Shown here: positions 38,639 to 48,893 of the stretch, one piece after another
Position numbering within the stretch: position 1 is the stretch's first letter
Layout: every line of letters begins with the position of its first letter
Assembly: GCA_965279375.1 (NCBI GenBank)
Contig: OZ257156.1
Span: forward strand, 3,488,001 to 3,552,000
Direction of reading: 5' to 3'
DNA length: 64,000 bases
From: Gemmatimonas sp.
Lineage (GTDB): Bacteria > Gemmatimonadota > Gemmatimonadetes > Gemmatimonadales > Gemmatimonadaceae
The notes under the pieces: generated by a model
Told to the model about the DNA's origin: nothing
Seen by the model: only the letters and a program-made list of their open reading frames with translations
Database searches by the model: none
Translations under genes and position numbers: made by a program

Positions 38639-40074
38639 TGGTCTTCACAACGGCGGGGACCGCGGTGCAAGCCGTGCGTCCGGTGCTGCCCGATGTTCCG
38701 CATCCGTACTGGACACTCGAACGCGTTGCGCGCGCCCTGGGCACCGGGCCAAAGTCGCTGACGCCGTTGGGCGGCGTGTCCACCGACACGCGCACGATCC
38801 GCAAAGGCGACCTGTTCGTCGCGCTGCGCGGTGAGCAGTACGACGCGCACCAGTTTCTCGATCGGGCGCGCGATGCGGGCGCTGCCGCGCTCGTTGTGGA
38901 CGATGCAACGGCCGCCGTGGGGCTCGGGCTGCCGGTGTACGTGGTGCCAGATACGCTGGTGGCGCTCGGTCAACTCGCCACCGCGTGGCGACGGGCGTGG
39001 GGACGCAGCGTGATTGCGGTGGCGGGCTCCAATGGCAAGACGAGCACGAAGGAGCTGCTCAAGGCTGCACTCGGGCGCACACTGGTCGTGCACGCGACCG
39101 CGGGCAATCTGAACAACCTGATCGGCGTGCCGCTGACGCTGCTCGCGATGCCATCAGAGACGGAAGTTGCGGTCATCGAGGTCGGTACGAATACGCCGGG
39201 CGAGATCGCGACGCTGCGTGCGATCGTCGAACCTGATGTCGCGCTGCTGACCTCGATCGGGGAAGAGCATCTCGAAGGGCTGGGCGATCTGGCAGGCGTG
39301 CTTCGCGAGGAGAGCGAGGTCTTTCATGGAGCAGCGCTGGCCATCGTGCCATCGGTGCATCCTGAAGTGGCCGCGATCGCTGCGACGCGCGCTCGCGCGG
39401 TGGTACGCGCCGGGTTGGCCAACACGCCAGACGGTCCGGCAGACGTCACCCCCACCGCGTGGGGGCTCGATGCGGAAGGACGCGCCTGGCTCGAGGTGGA
39501 CGGCACGCGAATCGTGCTGCCGCTTCGTGGTGCGCATCAGGCGGCGAACGCGATGCTGGCGGTCGCGGCGGCGCGGGCGTGTGGGGTGCCGCTCGCTGAC
39601 GCAGCGCTCGGGATGGCGGCGATGCCCGTGCCGAGCATGCGGGGCGTGTGGGAGAACATCGGTGAGGCCGTGCTGATCAATGACGCGTACAACGCCAATC
39701 CGGCGTCGATGCGCGCGGCGATTGCGTTGTTGGCGGGCGTCGGCGCCGGTCGGCAGCGCGTGGCCATTTTGGGCAGCATGCGGGAGCTGGGCGAACAGGC
39801 CGATACGCAGCATCGCGAAGTCGCGCGCGTTGCGCTGGCGTCGCCGGCGGAGCTGTTGGTGGGCGTAGGGGCGTTCGTGGCGGCGTTCGAAGCGGAGGCG
39901 ACCGCAGCGGATCGCGCGCCCAACGCGCGTGTCGTCCTGGCGTCGGAGTTGGATACACTCTGGCCAATCCTCGAGCCGCGCTTGGCGCGCAACGCGGTTA
40001 TCCTGCTCAAAGCGTCGCGGGGCATGCGCCTTGAACGCCTCGTTCCCACTCTTACTTCTTGGGCGTCCGCCTAG
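38638..40074 (+). CDS. murF: MurF D-Ala-D-Ala adding ligase
   Basis: GSNGKTSTKE, NNLIGVPLT, NDAYNANP, KASRG. Confidence 0.96.
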   Translation: MVFTTAGTAVQAVRPVLPDVPHPYWTLERVARALGTGPKSLTPLGGVSTDTRTIRKGDLFVALRGEQYDAHQFLDRARDAGAAALVVDDATAAVGLGLPVYVVPDTLVALGQLATAWRRAWGRSVIAVAGSNGKTSTKELLKAALGRTLVVHATAGNLNNLIGVPLTLLAMPSETEVAVIEVGTNTPGEIATLRAIVEPDVALLTSIGEEHLEGLGDLAGVLREESEVFHGAALAIVPSVHPEVAAIAATRARAVVRAGLANTPDGPADVTPTAWGLDAEGRAWLEVDGTRIVLPLRGAHQAANAMLAVAAARACGVPLADAALGMAAMPVPSMRGVWENIGEAVLINDAYNANPASMRAAIALLAGVGAGRQRVAILGSMRELGEQADTQHREVARVALASPAELLVGVGAFVAAFEAEATAADRAPNARVVLASELDTLWPILEPRLARNAVILLKASRGMRLERLVPTLTSWASA

Positions 40075-41216
40075 TGCTCTACGCGCTGCTGCAACCGTTC
40101 GCGCGCGATCTGCGTCTGCTGAACCTGCTCAACTACATCACCTTCCGATCGGCGGCGGCGTTCGTCACCGCGCTGGTGATGTCGTTCGTCTTCGGCCCGA
40201 TGATCATTCGACGCCTGCGGCGCATGTCGGTGCATCAGGTGGTGCGCGAGGGAACCCCCGACACGCACGCCGGCAAGGGCACCACGCCAACGATGGGTGG
40301 CGTGATTATTCTGGTGGCATCGATGGTGCCCGTGCTGTTGTGGGCGCGGTTGACCAATCAGTACGTGCTGTTGGCGGTGGCGGTCACCTTGTGGATGGGC
40401 GCGATCGGTTTTCTCGACGACTATCTCAAGCTCAAGCAGAAGCGCGAAGGGAAGAAGAACGAAGGACTCGTGGAGCGATACAAGCTGGCGGGGCAGGTGA
40501 CCTGCGGCGTCGGGCTCGGACTCATCCTGTGGCTCTCGCCGATTTCCACGTTGCCGGGCGCGTCCACCACGCTGCCGTTCTTCAAGTACGTGCTGGTGGT
40601 TCCGGTGACGGCGTCGCTGGCATGGCTCTATGTGCCCTGGGTGACGTTCATTCTCACGGGCTACAGCAACGCAGTGAACCTCACCGATGGGCTCGACGGA
40701 CTCTCGGCGGGGCTGGTCGCGATCGCGGTGCTCACGCTTGGCCTGTTCGCGTATCTCATTGGACGCGTGGATACGAGCGCGTACCTGCAACTGTTCTATC
40801 TGCGTGGCGCCGGCGAGTTGACGGTCTTCTGTGCGGCCGTCGTCGGGGCGTGTATCGGATTCCTTTGGTTCAACGCGCATCCGGCGCAGGTCTTCATGGG
40901 CGACACGGGATCGCTGGCGCTAGGCGGGGCCGTCGGCGCGATTGCCATTTTGCTCAAGAGCGAGTTCCTGCTGCTGATCGTGGGGTTCGTGTTCGTCGCG
41001 GAAACGATTTCGGTGATCCTGCAGCGCGGCGTCTTCAAGTACCGGCGCAAGCGCTTCGGGTTGGAGTACGCGCAACAGCATCGCGTATTCAAACGCGCGC
41101 CGTTGCATCATCACTTCGAGCTCTCGGGATGGCCCGAGACGCAGGTGGTTGTGCGATTCTGGATCGTTGGCGTTCTCTGCGCGATTCTGGCGCTGAGCAC
41201 GCTCAAACTGCGCTAG
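40074..41216 (+). CDS. mraY: Phospho-MurNAc-pentapeptide transferase MraY
   Basis: KGTTPTMGG, GFLDDY, NAVNLTDGLDGL, FMGDTGS, APLHHHFE; GTG overlaps murF stop. Confidence 0.97.
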   Translation: MLYALLQPFARDLRLLNLLNYITFRSAAAFVTALVMSFVFGPMIIRRLRRMSVHQVVREGTPDTHAGKGTTPTMGGVIILVASMVPVLLWARLTNQYVLLAVAVTLWMGAIGFLDDYLKLKQKREGKKNEGLVERYKLAGQVTCGVGLGLILWLSPISTLPGASTTLPFFKYVLVVPVTASLAWLYVPWVTFILTGYSNAVNLTDGLDGLSAGLVAIAVLTLGLFAYLIGRVDTSAYLQLFYLRGAGELTVFCAAVVGACIGFLWFNAHPAQVFMGDTGSLALGGAVGAIAILLKSEFLLLIVGFVFVAETISVILQRGVFKYRRKRFGLEYAQQHRVFKRAPLHHHFELSGWPETQVVVRFWIVGVLCAILALSTLKLR

Positions 41217-42674
41217 TTGGCGCCGAGCATCGCGGAGCCTTTCATGGGAGATGCACGTCTGCCGCAGGATTTGGCATCGGTGGTGGCACGCGCGCTTGCT
41301 GAGCGGCGCGGCGAGTTTGCCGTGATCGGACTCGGACGCAGTGGCCGTGCGGCCACGCGTCTGCTGCGCGCCGCTGGCGTGGCGGTGTACGCATCCGACG
41401 CGGGCGCGTCGGCGGCGTCGGTTGGCGCCGCCCAGGAACTCGAGACCACGGGCGCGTCGGTGCAGACCGGCGGTCACGATCTCGCGCGCATCGCCAAGGC
41501 GTCGGTCGTGGTGGTGAGCCCCGGCGTGCCGCCGGATGCGCCGCCGCTGCGCGCCGCGCGTGACGCGCACGTCCCGATCGTCAGCGAAGTGGAGGTCGCC
41601 TTGCGTCTGCAGCCCGGGCTCCGCTACATCGCGACCACGGGCACCAACGGCAAGACGACGACCACCGCACTGATCGGGCATCTGCTGCGCGCACTCGGTC
41701 ACGAGGCGGCGGATGTGGGCAACATCGGTACGCCGGTGTCGGAGTTGGCGCTGCAAAAGGTGCCGCCGGCGTGGGCATCGCTCGAGATGTCGTCCTTCCA
41801 GCTGCACGACACGCCGGGGATCTATCCCGATGTCGGAGTGCTCACCACGCTCAGCGCCGATCATCTCGATCGCTACGAGAGCGTGGCGGAGTACTATGCG
41901 GACAAGCGCCGCATCTTTCAGAATGCAACCGTGGTGTCCCAGTGGGTGGTGACGGCGGACAACGCGGACGTGGATGCGATGATGCCCGGCGTGCTGGGAC
42001 ACGTGTATCGCTTCTCCACGCAGCGCACCGATGTTCAGGCGTACTTCGATCGTGCCGATCAGATGCTGCATGTGCTCGGTGCGCCACTCGTCGCACGGAG
42101 CGCGCTCGCGCTCGCGGGCGATCACAACGTGGCCAATGCGCTTGCTGCGCTGCTGGCGGTGATGGTGGCCGACCCTGTGCACGCGACGCACTCCGCGCGC
42201 GCGGCGCTGGCGGCCGCGATCTCCACCTTTCGTGCGCTGCCGCATCGGCTGGAGCCGGTCGGCGACAACGATGGTATCCTCTGGCTCAACGACTCGAAGG
42301 CCACCAACGTGGCGTCCACGCAGGTCGCGATCGCCGGCATGACGCGCCCGACGGTGCTGCTGCTCGGCGGACGCCATAAGGGCGAGCCGTACACGTCGCT
42401 GATTCCCGAGATCACGCGCACCGGACGCGCGGTATTGGCGTACGGCGAGGCAGCGCCACTCATCGCACGGGACCTGGCGACGTCGCTGGAGGGGCAAGTG
42501 CCGTTTGAGGCGATGCCGGGTGCCACGTTCGATGCGGTGCTCACCCGAGCTCGCGCGCTCGCGCAGTCGGGCGATGTGATCCTGCTGTCGCCGGCCTGTT
42601 CGAGCTACGACATGTTCGCCAACTACGAGGAGCGCGGTCGCGCCTTCGCGCAGCGCGCGCAGGGTCGGTCGTGA
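41217..42674 (+). CDS. murD: MurD D-glutamate ligase
   Basis: GLGRSG, VSPGVP, TGTNGKTT, EMSSFQL, DHLDRY, NDSKATN, SPACSSYD. Confidence 0.96.
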   Translation: MAPSIAEPFMGDARLPQDLASVVARALAERRGEFAVIGLGRSGRAATRLLRAAGVAVYASDAGASAASVGAAQELETTGASVQTGGHDLARIAKASVVVVSPGVPPDAPPLRAARDAHVPIVSEVEVALRLQPGLRYIATTGTNGKTTTTALIGHLLRALGHEAADVGNIGTPVSELALQKVPPAWASLEMSSFQLHDTPGIYPDVGVLTTLSADHLDRYESVAEYYADKRRIFQNATVVSQWVVTADNADVDAMMPGVLGHVYRFSTQRTDVQAYFDRADQMLHVLGAPLVARSALALAGDHNVANALAALLAVMVADPVHATHSARAALAAAISTFRALPHRLEPVGDNDGILWLNDSKATNVASTQVAIAGMTRPTVLLLGGRHKGEPYTSLIPEITRTGRAVLAYGEAAPLIARDLATSLEGQVPFEAMPGATFDAVLTRARALAQSGDVILLSPACSSYDMFANYEERGRAFAQRAQGRS

Positions 42675-43909
42675 CCAGCGTCGGCAAGATGACGATGGGT
42701 GGGTCGTACGCGCCGCCGGAGTCGCGCGCGCGCGCCGCTGGCGGTACCGCCACACGCGAGCGATGGCGGATGGGCGTGGAGGCGCGTGCACTGGTGCTCG
42801 TCACCGCGGTGCTCGTGTCGTTCGGACTCGCTGTCCTGTACAGTGCGAGTGCGCTCGTGGCCAAGCCGGCGTACTACTACGCGTACAAGCAGGCGATCGG
42901 TGTGCTCGTCGGCACGGTTGTCTTTGCCGTGGCCGCCAAGGTGGACGCGGAATGGTGGCGCAAGCTGGCCTGGCCGATCATGGGGATCAGTCTGTTCCTC
43001 ATGCTGCTCACAGTGCTGCCGTTCACCAAATCGATCGTGCCGGTGGTGATGGGCTCGCGTCGCTTTCTCAAGGGTGGCTCCATTCAGCCGTCGGAGCTCG
43101 CCAAGTTCGCGGTGCTCGTGTGGGTGCCGATGCTGCTGGTCAAAAAGGGCGACGCCGTTCGACGGTTAGGAAAGGGGCTGCTGCCGTTCATTCTCGTGAT
43201 CGGCGCACTGGTCGGCATGGCCATCGGAGAGCCGGACATCTCGGTCGCGATCACCTACTGCGCGATCATGGTCGTGCTGCTGTTCGTGGGCGGCGCACGC
43301 GTCGCACACTTCTTGTTTCTCGGCATGCTCGCGATCCCGCTTTTGGTGCACGAGATCCGCGAGAAGCCGTACGTGCTGCGACGCATCACCAGCTTTGTGC
43401 TGCACGAAGAGTCCGACACCACCGGTACGGTGAAGTCCGCCGCCGCCGATCAGCAGCGCCAGTCGCTCATCGCCGTCGGATCGGGCGGGCTCTTTGGCGT
43501 GGGCTTCGGGGAAGGGAATCAGCAGCGTGGTTGGGTGCCGCTGGCCTACAACGACTTCATCGGCGCGGTGGTGGGTGAGGAGTTCGGCTTCATCGGACTG
43601 ACGGCGCTCACACTCGCGTATGCGCTCTATGGCTGGATCGGCTTTCGCATCGCCCGACAAGCACGGTCACCTTTTACCTCGCTGCTGGCTGTTGGGCTGA
43701 CGTTCACCACGGTGTTGACCGCGTTCATTCACATTGGTGTGGTGATTGGACTGCTTCCCAACACCGGCCTCACGCTGCCGTTCGTCTCATGGGGGCGATC
43801 GAATCTGATCCTCACCCTCGGCATGACGGGCATCCTCGTCAACATCGGCAGCACGCGTGAGCGCGTGTACGGCGAATCGGCCACCGATCCGCTGACGATG
43901 TCCGCGTGA
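42671..43909 (+). CDS. ftsW: SEDS glycosyltransferase FtsW
   Basis: IQPSELAK, EPD, GSGG, DFI...EEFG, PNTGLTLPFVSWG. Confidence 0.93.
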   Translation: MTSVGKMTMGGSYAPPESRARAAGGTATRERWRMGVEARALVLVTAVLVSFGLAVLYSASALVAKPAYYYAYKQAIGVLVGTVVFAVAAKVDAEWWRKLAWPIMGISLFLMLLTVLPFTKSIVPVVMGSRRFLKGGSIQPSELAKFAVLVWVPMLLVKKGDAVRRLGKGLLPFILVIGALVGMAIGEPDISVAITYCAIMVVLLFVGGARVAHFLFLGMLAIPLLVHEIREKPYVLRRITSFVLHEESDTTGTVKSAAADQQRQSLIAVGSGGLFGVGFGEGNQQRGWVPLAYNDFIGAVVGEEFGFIGLTALTLAYALYGWIGFRIARQARSPFTSLLAVGLTFTTVLTAFIHIGVVIGLLPNTGLTLPFVSWGRSNLILTLGMTGILVNIGSTRERVYGESATDPLTMSA

Positions 43910-45054
43910 GCACGCGTGTCTTCTTCGCAGGCGGAGGAACGGGAGGGCATCTGTACCCGGGGCTCGCGATTGCGCGCGCGCTGGTGCGGCTGCAGCCGGA
44001 TATCGAGCCCTTTTTCATTGGTGCGCAGCGCGGCGTGGAGAAGGACATTCTCCCCACCACGGAGTTTCCGTTCGCGCTGCTCGAGCTCCATCCACTGTAC
44101 CGACGGACACCGTGGAACAACTGGCGCACGCTGCTGGGCGGCGTGAAGGCCTGGCGCGAGGTCTCGCGCATTGCGGCGCGCGGGGCGCCGGCTGCGGTGG
44201 TGAGCACTGGTGGCTACGCAGCAGGCGTTGGGCTGGCGTGGGCTCGTGCGCATGGCGTTCCCACCATACTGCACGAATCCAACAGTCATCCCGGACTCAC
44301 CACGCGCGTCTTCGCGGGCGGTGCGACGGCGATCTATCTCGAGTTCCCCGAAGCTTCGGCACGCTTTTCCGCAGGCCCCAACACCGATGTTCGCGCGCTC
44401 GGCTGCCCCATCGATCCGCCGCCGGTGCCTGCGCCGTCGCGCAAGGACGCACGGGCGCGCTGGGATCTGCCCGAGGACGCGTTCGTCGTGCTCGTCACGG
44501 GCGGGAGTCAGGGCGCGCGCGCCATCAATGAGGCCGTCGCCGCGTGGTGTGCTCGTGGGTTGCCGGACAAGGTCGCGCTGATCTGGGGTACAGGACGCGC
44601 GCAGGCCGCAGCCTACGTGGACCGGGAGACGCGTATGGTGCGCGTGCGATCGTATCTCGCGCCCATCGCTGAAGCGTATGCCGCCGCCGATCTCGCCGTC
44701 ACACGCGCCGGCGCGATGACCATCGCCGAGTTGTGCGCGTGGGGCATTCCGTCCGTGCTGATTCCGCTGCCGACGGCGGCACAGGACCATCAGACGTCCA
44801 ACGCGCGCGCCGTGGCGGAGAACGGTGCGGCCGTACATCTGCCGCAATCCGAGCTTTCGGCGGATCGCCTCGACACAATTGTGCGAGGCGTGCTGTCGTC
44901 GCCCGCGTCGCTCGTGCAAATGGCGACGGCGGCGCGCGCGCGAGGTCGTCCGGATGCGGCGATGGACATCGCGCGTGCGCTGCAAAAGCATCTGCGTGCA
45001 CATCCGACTGCGCATCGACCGATCGACAGTGTGGCACCATCGGGGGGCCGTTGA
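43906..45054 (+). CDS. murG: MurG glycosyltransferase
   Basis: GGGTGGHLYP, TGGY, HESN, GGSQGA, RAGA, HQ..NA. Confidence 0.96.
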   Translation: MSTRVFFAGGGTGGHLYPGLAIARALVRLQPDIEPFFIGAQRGVEKDILPTTEFPFALLELHPLYRRTPWNNWRTLLGGVKAWREVSRIAARGAPAAVVSTGGYAAGVGLAWARAHGVPTILHESNSHPGLTTRVFAGGATAIYLEFPEASARFSAGPNTDVRALGCPIDPPPVPAPSRKDARARWDLPEDAFVVLVTGGSQGARAINEAVAAWCARGLPDKVALIWGTGRAQAAAYVDRETRMVRVRSYLAPIAEAYAAADLAVTRAGAMTIAELCAWGIPSVLIPLPTAAQDHQTSNARAVAENGAAVHLPQSELSADRLDTIVRGVLSSPASLVQMATAARARGRPDAAMDIARALQKHLRAHPTAHRPIDSVAPSGGR

Positions 45055-45088
45055 GCCCCCTCTCATTCTCCGGCATATTGCGCGCGCC

Positions 45089-46474
45089 ATGACTCTCGTC
45101 AATCGGTCCGACCCACGTCCTGTGCACTTCATCGGCATCGCGGGTGCCGGCATGAGCGCGTTGGCAGAACTGCTCGCGCGTCGTGGTGTGCTGATCACCG
45201 GGACAGACGCCAATCCCGCGGGTGCGCCTGATCTCGCGTTGCTCGGGATTACGGTGCATGCGCACGACGCGGCGCTGGTGTCGCAGGCGCGTGCGGTCGT
45301 GTATTCGTCCGCGATTCCCGCCGCGCACCCCGAGATGGCCGCGGCGCGCGCGCTGGGGCTGCCGCTCGTGCGACGCGCCGAAGCGCTCGCCGAGGCGGTG
45401 AGCGGCGGTACGCTGGTGGGCATCAGCGGCACGCACGGCAAGACGACCACCACCGTGATGACCACCGAAGCGCTTGCCGCCGCCGGTCGCAACCCGACGG
45501 GCGTTGTCGGGGGACGCGTAGGCCACTGGGGCGGCAATCTGCGACTGGGAGGCGACACGTACGTCGTGGAGTCGGACGAGTATGATCGTTCCTTCCTCGC
45601 GCTCGATCCGCAGGTGGCCGTCGTGCTCAACGTCGAGGCGGACCATCTCGACATCTATCGCGACCTCGACGACATCACGCGCGCGTTCGAACAGTTCGTT
45701 ACGCCGGCGCGCGTGGTCGTGCGCTGCGCCGACGATGCGGGTGCGATGGCGCTCCGCATCCGCAGCACCAGTGAAGTCATCGCGTACTCTGCCACGCTGG
45801 ACGGCACGGCGCCCTCTTCCGGGTCGGCCGACGCGCGATTGATCGCGCGCGCACTTCGGCTCGACGCCAGTGGTTCGCACTTCGTGGTGGCATTCGATGG
45901 CGAGGACGTGGGCGAGGTGTCGCTGGGTGTGCCGGGGATGCACAACGTGCGCAATGCGCTCGCCGCACTCGGATCGGGGCTGGCGCTCGGGCTCACCGTA
46001 TCGGCGATGGCGCCGGGACTTTCGGCGTTCAAGGGCGTGGAGCGTCGTTTCCAGCGCCTCGGCGAGGTCGGCGGCGTCTCGGTGGTGGACGACTATGCGC
46101 ATCATCCGACCGAAGTGCAGGCCACCATTGCGGCGGCGCGTCACGCGTTTCCGAATGCGCGCATCGTGCTCCTCTTCCAGCCGCATCTGTATTCGCGCAC
46201 GCGTGATCTGCAGGTGGAGTTCGCCGAGGCACTGTCGGGGGCCGATGCGCTCTTCCTGTGCGACATCTACGGTGCGCGTGAGCAGCCCGAGCCCGGCGTC
46301 ACGTCGTCGTTGATCGGTGCGCGTGTGCAGGCCGGAGTGCTGCAGTGGCAGGGGCCGCGCACTGACGCGGTCGATGCACTGCGCGCGTTCGTCCGCGAGG
46401 GCGACGTCGTCATTACCATGGGCGCCGGCGACGTGACGCGAACGGGACCTGAACTCATGAGCGCACTCGCCTGA
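45089..46474 (+). CDS. murC: MurC L-alanine ligase
   Basis: HFIGIAGAGMS, GTHGKTTTT, ESDEYD, DDYAHHPTE, FQPHLYSRT. Confidence 0.96.
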   Translation: MTLVNRSDPRPVHFIGIAGAGMSALAELLARRGVLITGTDANPAGAPDLALLGITVHAHDAALVSQARAVVYSSAIPAAHPEMAAARALGLPLVRRAEALAEAVSGGTLVGISGTHGKTTTTVMTTEALAAAGRNPTGVVGGRVGHWGGNLRLGGDTYVVESDEYDRSFLALDPQVAVVLNVEADHLDIYRDLDDITRAFEQFVTPARVVVRCADDAGAMALRIRSTSEVIAYSATLDGTAPSSGSADARLIARALRLDASGSHFVVAFDGEDVGEVSLGVPGMHNVRNALAALGSGLALGLTVSAMAPGLSAFKGVERRFQRLGEVGGVSVVDDYAHHPTEVQATIAAARHAFPNARIVLLFQPHLYSRTRDLQVEFAEALSGADALFLCDIYGAREQPEPGVTSSLIGARVQAGVLQWQGPRTDAVDALRAFVREGDVVITMGAGDVTRTGPELMSALA

Positions 46475-47253
46475 TGGGCGCCAGCACCACGGAACCGGCA
46501 GCGGCGGAGCCCTCCGCGCGTCGCGCTCGTCGTGAGACGGCGCGGGCGGACGCTCCGCGCGTGCGACCGACGTGGCTGCGTGTGCTGCGCGCGGTGGCCG
46601 CGCTGATCACCGCGGTCGCGCTCGTGGGCAGCCCGTGGTGGGGACCGATGGCACTCGCGCAGCTCGATTTCTTCCACGTGCGTCGTCTCGACTTCAAGGG
46701 CGTGCGCTACGCCAAGGTCGGTGAGCTGGTGGGGCTGCTCGCGGTCGATTCCACGACGAGCGTGTGGCAGTCGTTGCCGCCGCTGACGGCGCGCGTTCGT
46801 ACGCATCCGATGGTGCTCGAAGCCGAGGTCTTCCGTACGCTTCCGGGCACGTTGACCGTTGCGATCGTCGAACGCACCCCGGTGGCGTTGGCCCCCATCG
46901 ACGGTGTGTTGCGGCCGGTCGATGCGGCCGCGCGCGTCCTGCCGATCGACCTGACCAAAGTGCAGCTCGACCTGCCGGTGATCGCCACGCCGGACAGTGC
47001 GCTGTTGCGCGTGCTCGACGGACTGCGGCAGAACGCCTCGCCCCTGTATGGGCGCGTTACCGCGGCGCGACGTGTTGGCGCGGACGAAATGACCTTTGAA
47101 CTCGGCGCGTTGCGTATTCGATCGGGTGCCGACGTGACCGTAGCGCGGTTCCGGGACATATTACCGGTGGAAGGGGATCTCGCGCGGAATCATCTGCGTG
47201 CGGTGGAACTCGATCTCCGCTTCCGAGACCAGGTGATCGCCAGACTCCCATGA
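46474..47253 (+). CDS. ftsQ: Cell division protein FtsQ
   Basis: One TM helix, POTRA-like segment, ERTPVA, C-terminal DLRF. Confidence 0.85.
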   Translation: MGASTTEPAAAEPSARRARRETARADAPRVRPTWLRVLRAVAALITAVALVGSPWWGPMALAQLDFFHVRRLDFKGVRYAKVGELVGLLAVDSTTSVWQSLPPLTARVRTHPMVLEAEVFRTLPGTLTVAIVERTPVALAPIDGVLRPVDAAARVLPIDLTKVQLDLPVIATPDSALLRVLDGLRQNASPLYGRVTAARRVGADEMTFELGALRIRSGADVTVARFRDILPVEGDLARNHLRAVELDLRFRDQVIARLP

Positions 47254-48500
47254 CTTCCGAACCCATCATCGCCGCCCTCGATATCGGGACCGCCCACACC
47301 ACTGCCGTCGTCGCGACGGTGCATGGTGAGCTGCCGCGAGCGCCGCGACTTCGCATTTTGGGCGTTGGCCGCACGCGCACGCAGGGATTGCGACGCGGTG
47401 TCGTGTCGGACATCGAGGAAGCGACACGCTCCATCAAGAAGGCACTCGAAGAAGCGAGCCTGGTGGCGGGTGTGCAGCCAGAAGGACTGTTCGTCGGCAT
47501 CGCCGGCGAGCACGTGCGCGCGATGTGCTCCTCGGGCGTCGTGGCCATCAGCGGCTCGGAGATCACCGCGGCCGACGTGGCTCGTGTGAACGATGTGGCG
47601 CGCGCCATGGCGATCCCACAGGATCGTGAACTGCTGCACGCGATCTCGCAGGAGTACCGCGTCGATCGTGCCGAAGGCATTCGTGATCCCATCGGCATGA
47701 TCGGCACGCGTCTCGAGACCGAGATGTACCTGATCACGATCGGCAGCTCGCCGGCGATGAACCTGCGCAAGAGCATCGAGCGCGCGGGCTTCAAGGCGCG
47801 TGAACTGGTGCTCGAACCGTTGGCGAGCGCGTGGGCGGTGCTCACCGAGGAAGAGAAGGAACTCGGCGTCGCCCTCGTGGAGCTGGGCGCGGGTACCACC
47901 GACATCGCGGTCTTTCATGAAGGAAAGATTCGCCACCTCGGCACGATGCCGTACGGCGGCAACACGGTGACCAGCGATCTCGTGCAGGGGCTTGGCGTGA
48001 CGCAGAACGACGCGGAGCAGCTCAAGGAAGCGTACGGCTGTGCCTACGAGCCGCTGGTCACGGCCGATCAACTGATCGCATTGCCGGCCACGGCGGCTCA
48101 TGCCGAGCGGCATCTGTCGCGCGAGTTGATGACGCACATCATCCACCAACGCATGGATGAGATCTTCGATCGTGTCCAGCGCGACATTCAGACGGCGGGC
48201 TTCGCGGGCAAGCTCAACGCGGGGATCGTGCTCACCGGCGGCGGCGCATCGCTCGAAGGGGTGAGCGATTTGGCGCAGGATGTGTTTGGCGTAGGCGTGC
48301 GCGTGGGGATGCCGGCTGACAACGTGGAAGGGCTGGTGGAGTCGGTGGGCGATCCGAGTTACGCGACGGTGGTGGGGCTCGCGGTATACGGCGCGTCGCG
48401 TCTGACGGGTGGTGCGGGCACGGCGCGTCGCGCGCCGGGATCAGGTGGCGTCGACAAGCTCGCGACCAAAGTGAAGACCTGGCTGACGGAGTTTTTCTAA
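47250..48500 (+). CDS. ftsA: Cell division protein FtsA
   Basis: ALDIGT, LVELGAGTT, VLTGGG, YATVVGL, amphipathic C-terminus WLTEFF. Confidence 0.96.
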   Translation: MTSEPIIAALDIGTAHTTAVVATVHGELPRAPRLRILGVGRTRTQGLRRGVVSDIEEATRSIKKALEEASLVAGVQPEGLFVGIAGEHVRAMCSSGVVAISGSEITAADVARVNDVARAMAIPQDRELLHAISQEYRVDRAEGIRDPIGMIGTRLETEMYLITIGSSPAMNLRKSIERAGFKARELVLEPLASAWAVLTEEEKELGVALVELGAGTTDIAVFHEGKIRHLGTMPYGGNTVTSDLVQGLGVTQNDAEQLKEAYGCAYEPLVTADQLIALPATAAHAERHLSRELMTHIIHQRMDEIFDRVQRDIQTAGFAGKLNAGIVLTGGGASLEGVSDLAQDVFGVGVRVGMPADNVEGLVESVGDPSYATVVGLAVYGASRLTGGAGTARRAPGSGGVDKLATKVKTWLTEFF

Positions 48501-48509
48501 GCGTCCCGC

Positions 48510-48542
48510 TTCGATCGCGCGTGAGTATTCCGCGCGTTCGAA
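48510..48542 (+). terminator. Stem-loop after ftsA
   Basis: TTCGATCGCGCG / CGCGCGTTCGAA imperfect 12-bp stem. Confidence 0.4.
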
Positions 48543-48633
48543 GTCGTGTGGATTCAGAGTATTTGTGTGGTCACGCTGTGTTTCCTGTGTGACGTCGCAC
48601 ACCGACATCACACCAATGCGAGAACGTCGAGTG

Positions 48634-48642
48634 TGTGGATAA
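48634..48642 (-). promoter_or_regulatory. Consensus DnaA box (TTATCCACA) upstream of ftsZ
   Basis: + strand TGTGGATAA; 7/9 matches in the same orientation at 48547, 48658 and 48727. Confidence 0.55.
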
Positions 48643-48713
48643 TCCGCATTGACGCATTGTGTATCTTGCGCGTCGTCAGCGTGAGCCAACGCCATCACAA
48701 TTCGCCAGTTGCA

Positions 48714-48741
48714 TTGACACAGCGAATGTGTATTCTAGGCT
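48714..48741 (+). promoter_or_regulatory. Putative sigma70 promoter for ftsZ
   Basis: TTGACA-N16-TAGGCT in the 393-bp ftsA-ftsZ spacer. Confidence 0.55.
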
Positions 48742-48893
48742 CGTAGCAACACCGCTTCGTTCACACGCGGTGTCACGCGGACCGTCGATGTTGATGGTGC
48801 TCGCGTTTGCTCAGTGCTGGCCGTCCCGATGCACGTCGAGACGACGCGCCACTCACCCTGCGCCTTGCCAAAGCCCGTATGGAGCTACCCCGA

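Noticed and set aside
48501..48893. oriC or a small ORF in the ftsA-ftsZ spacer
   Set aside because: Only one perfect DnaA box and no clear AT-rich unwinding element; ORF 48546-48746 has atypical codon usage and no RBS
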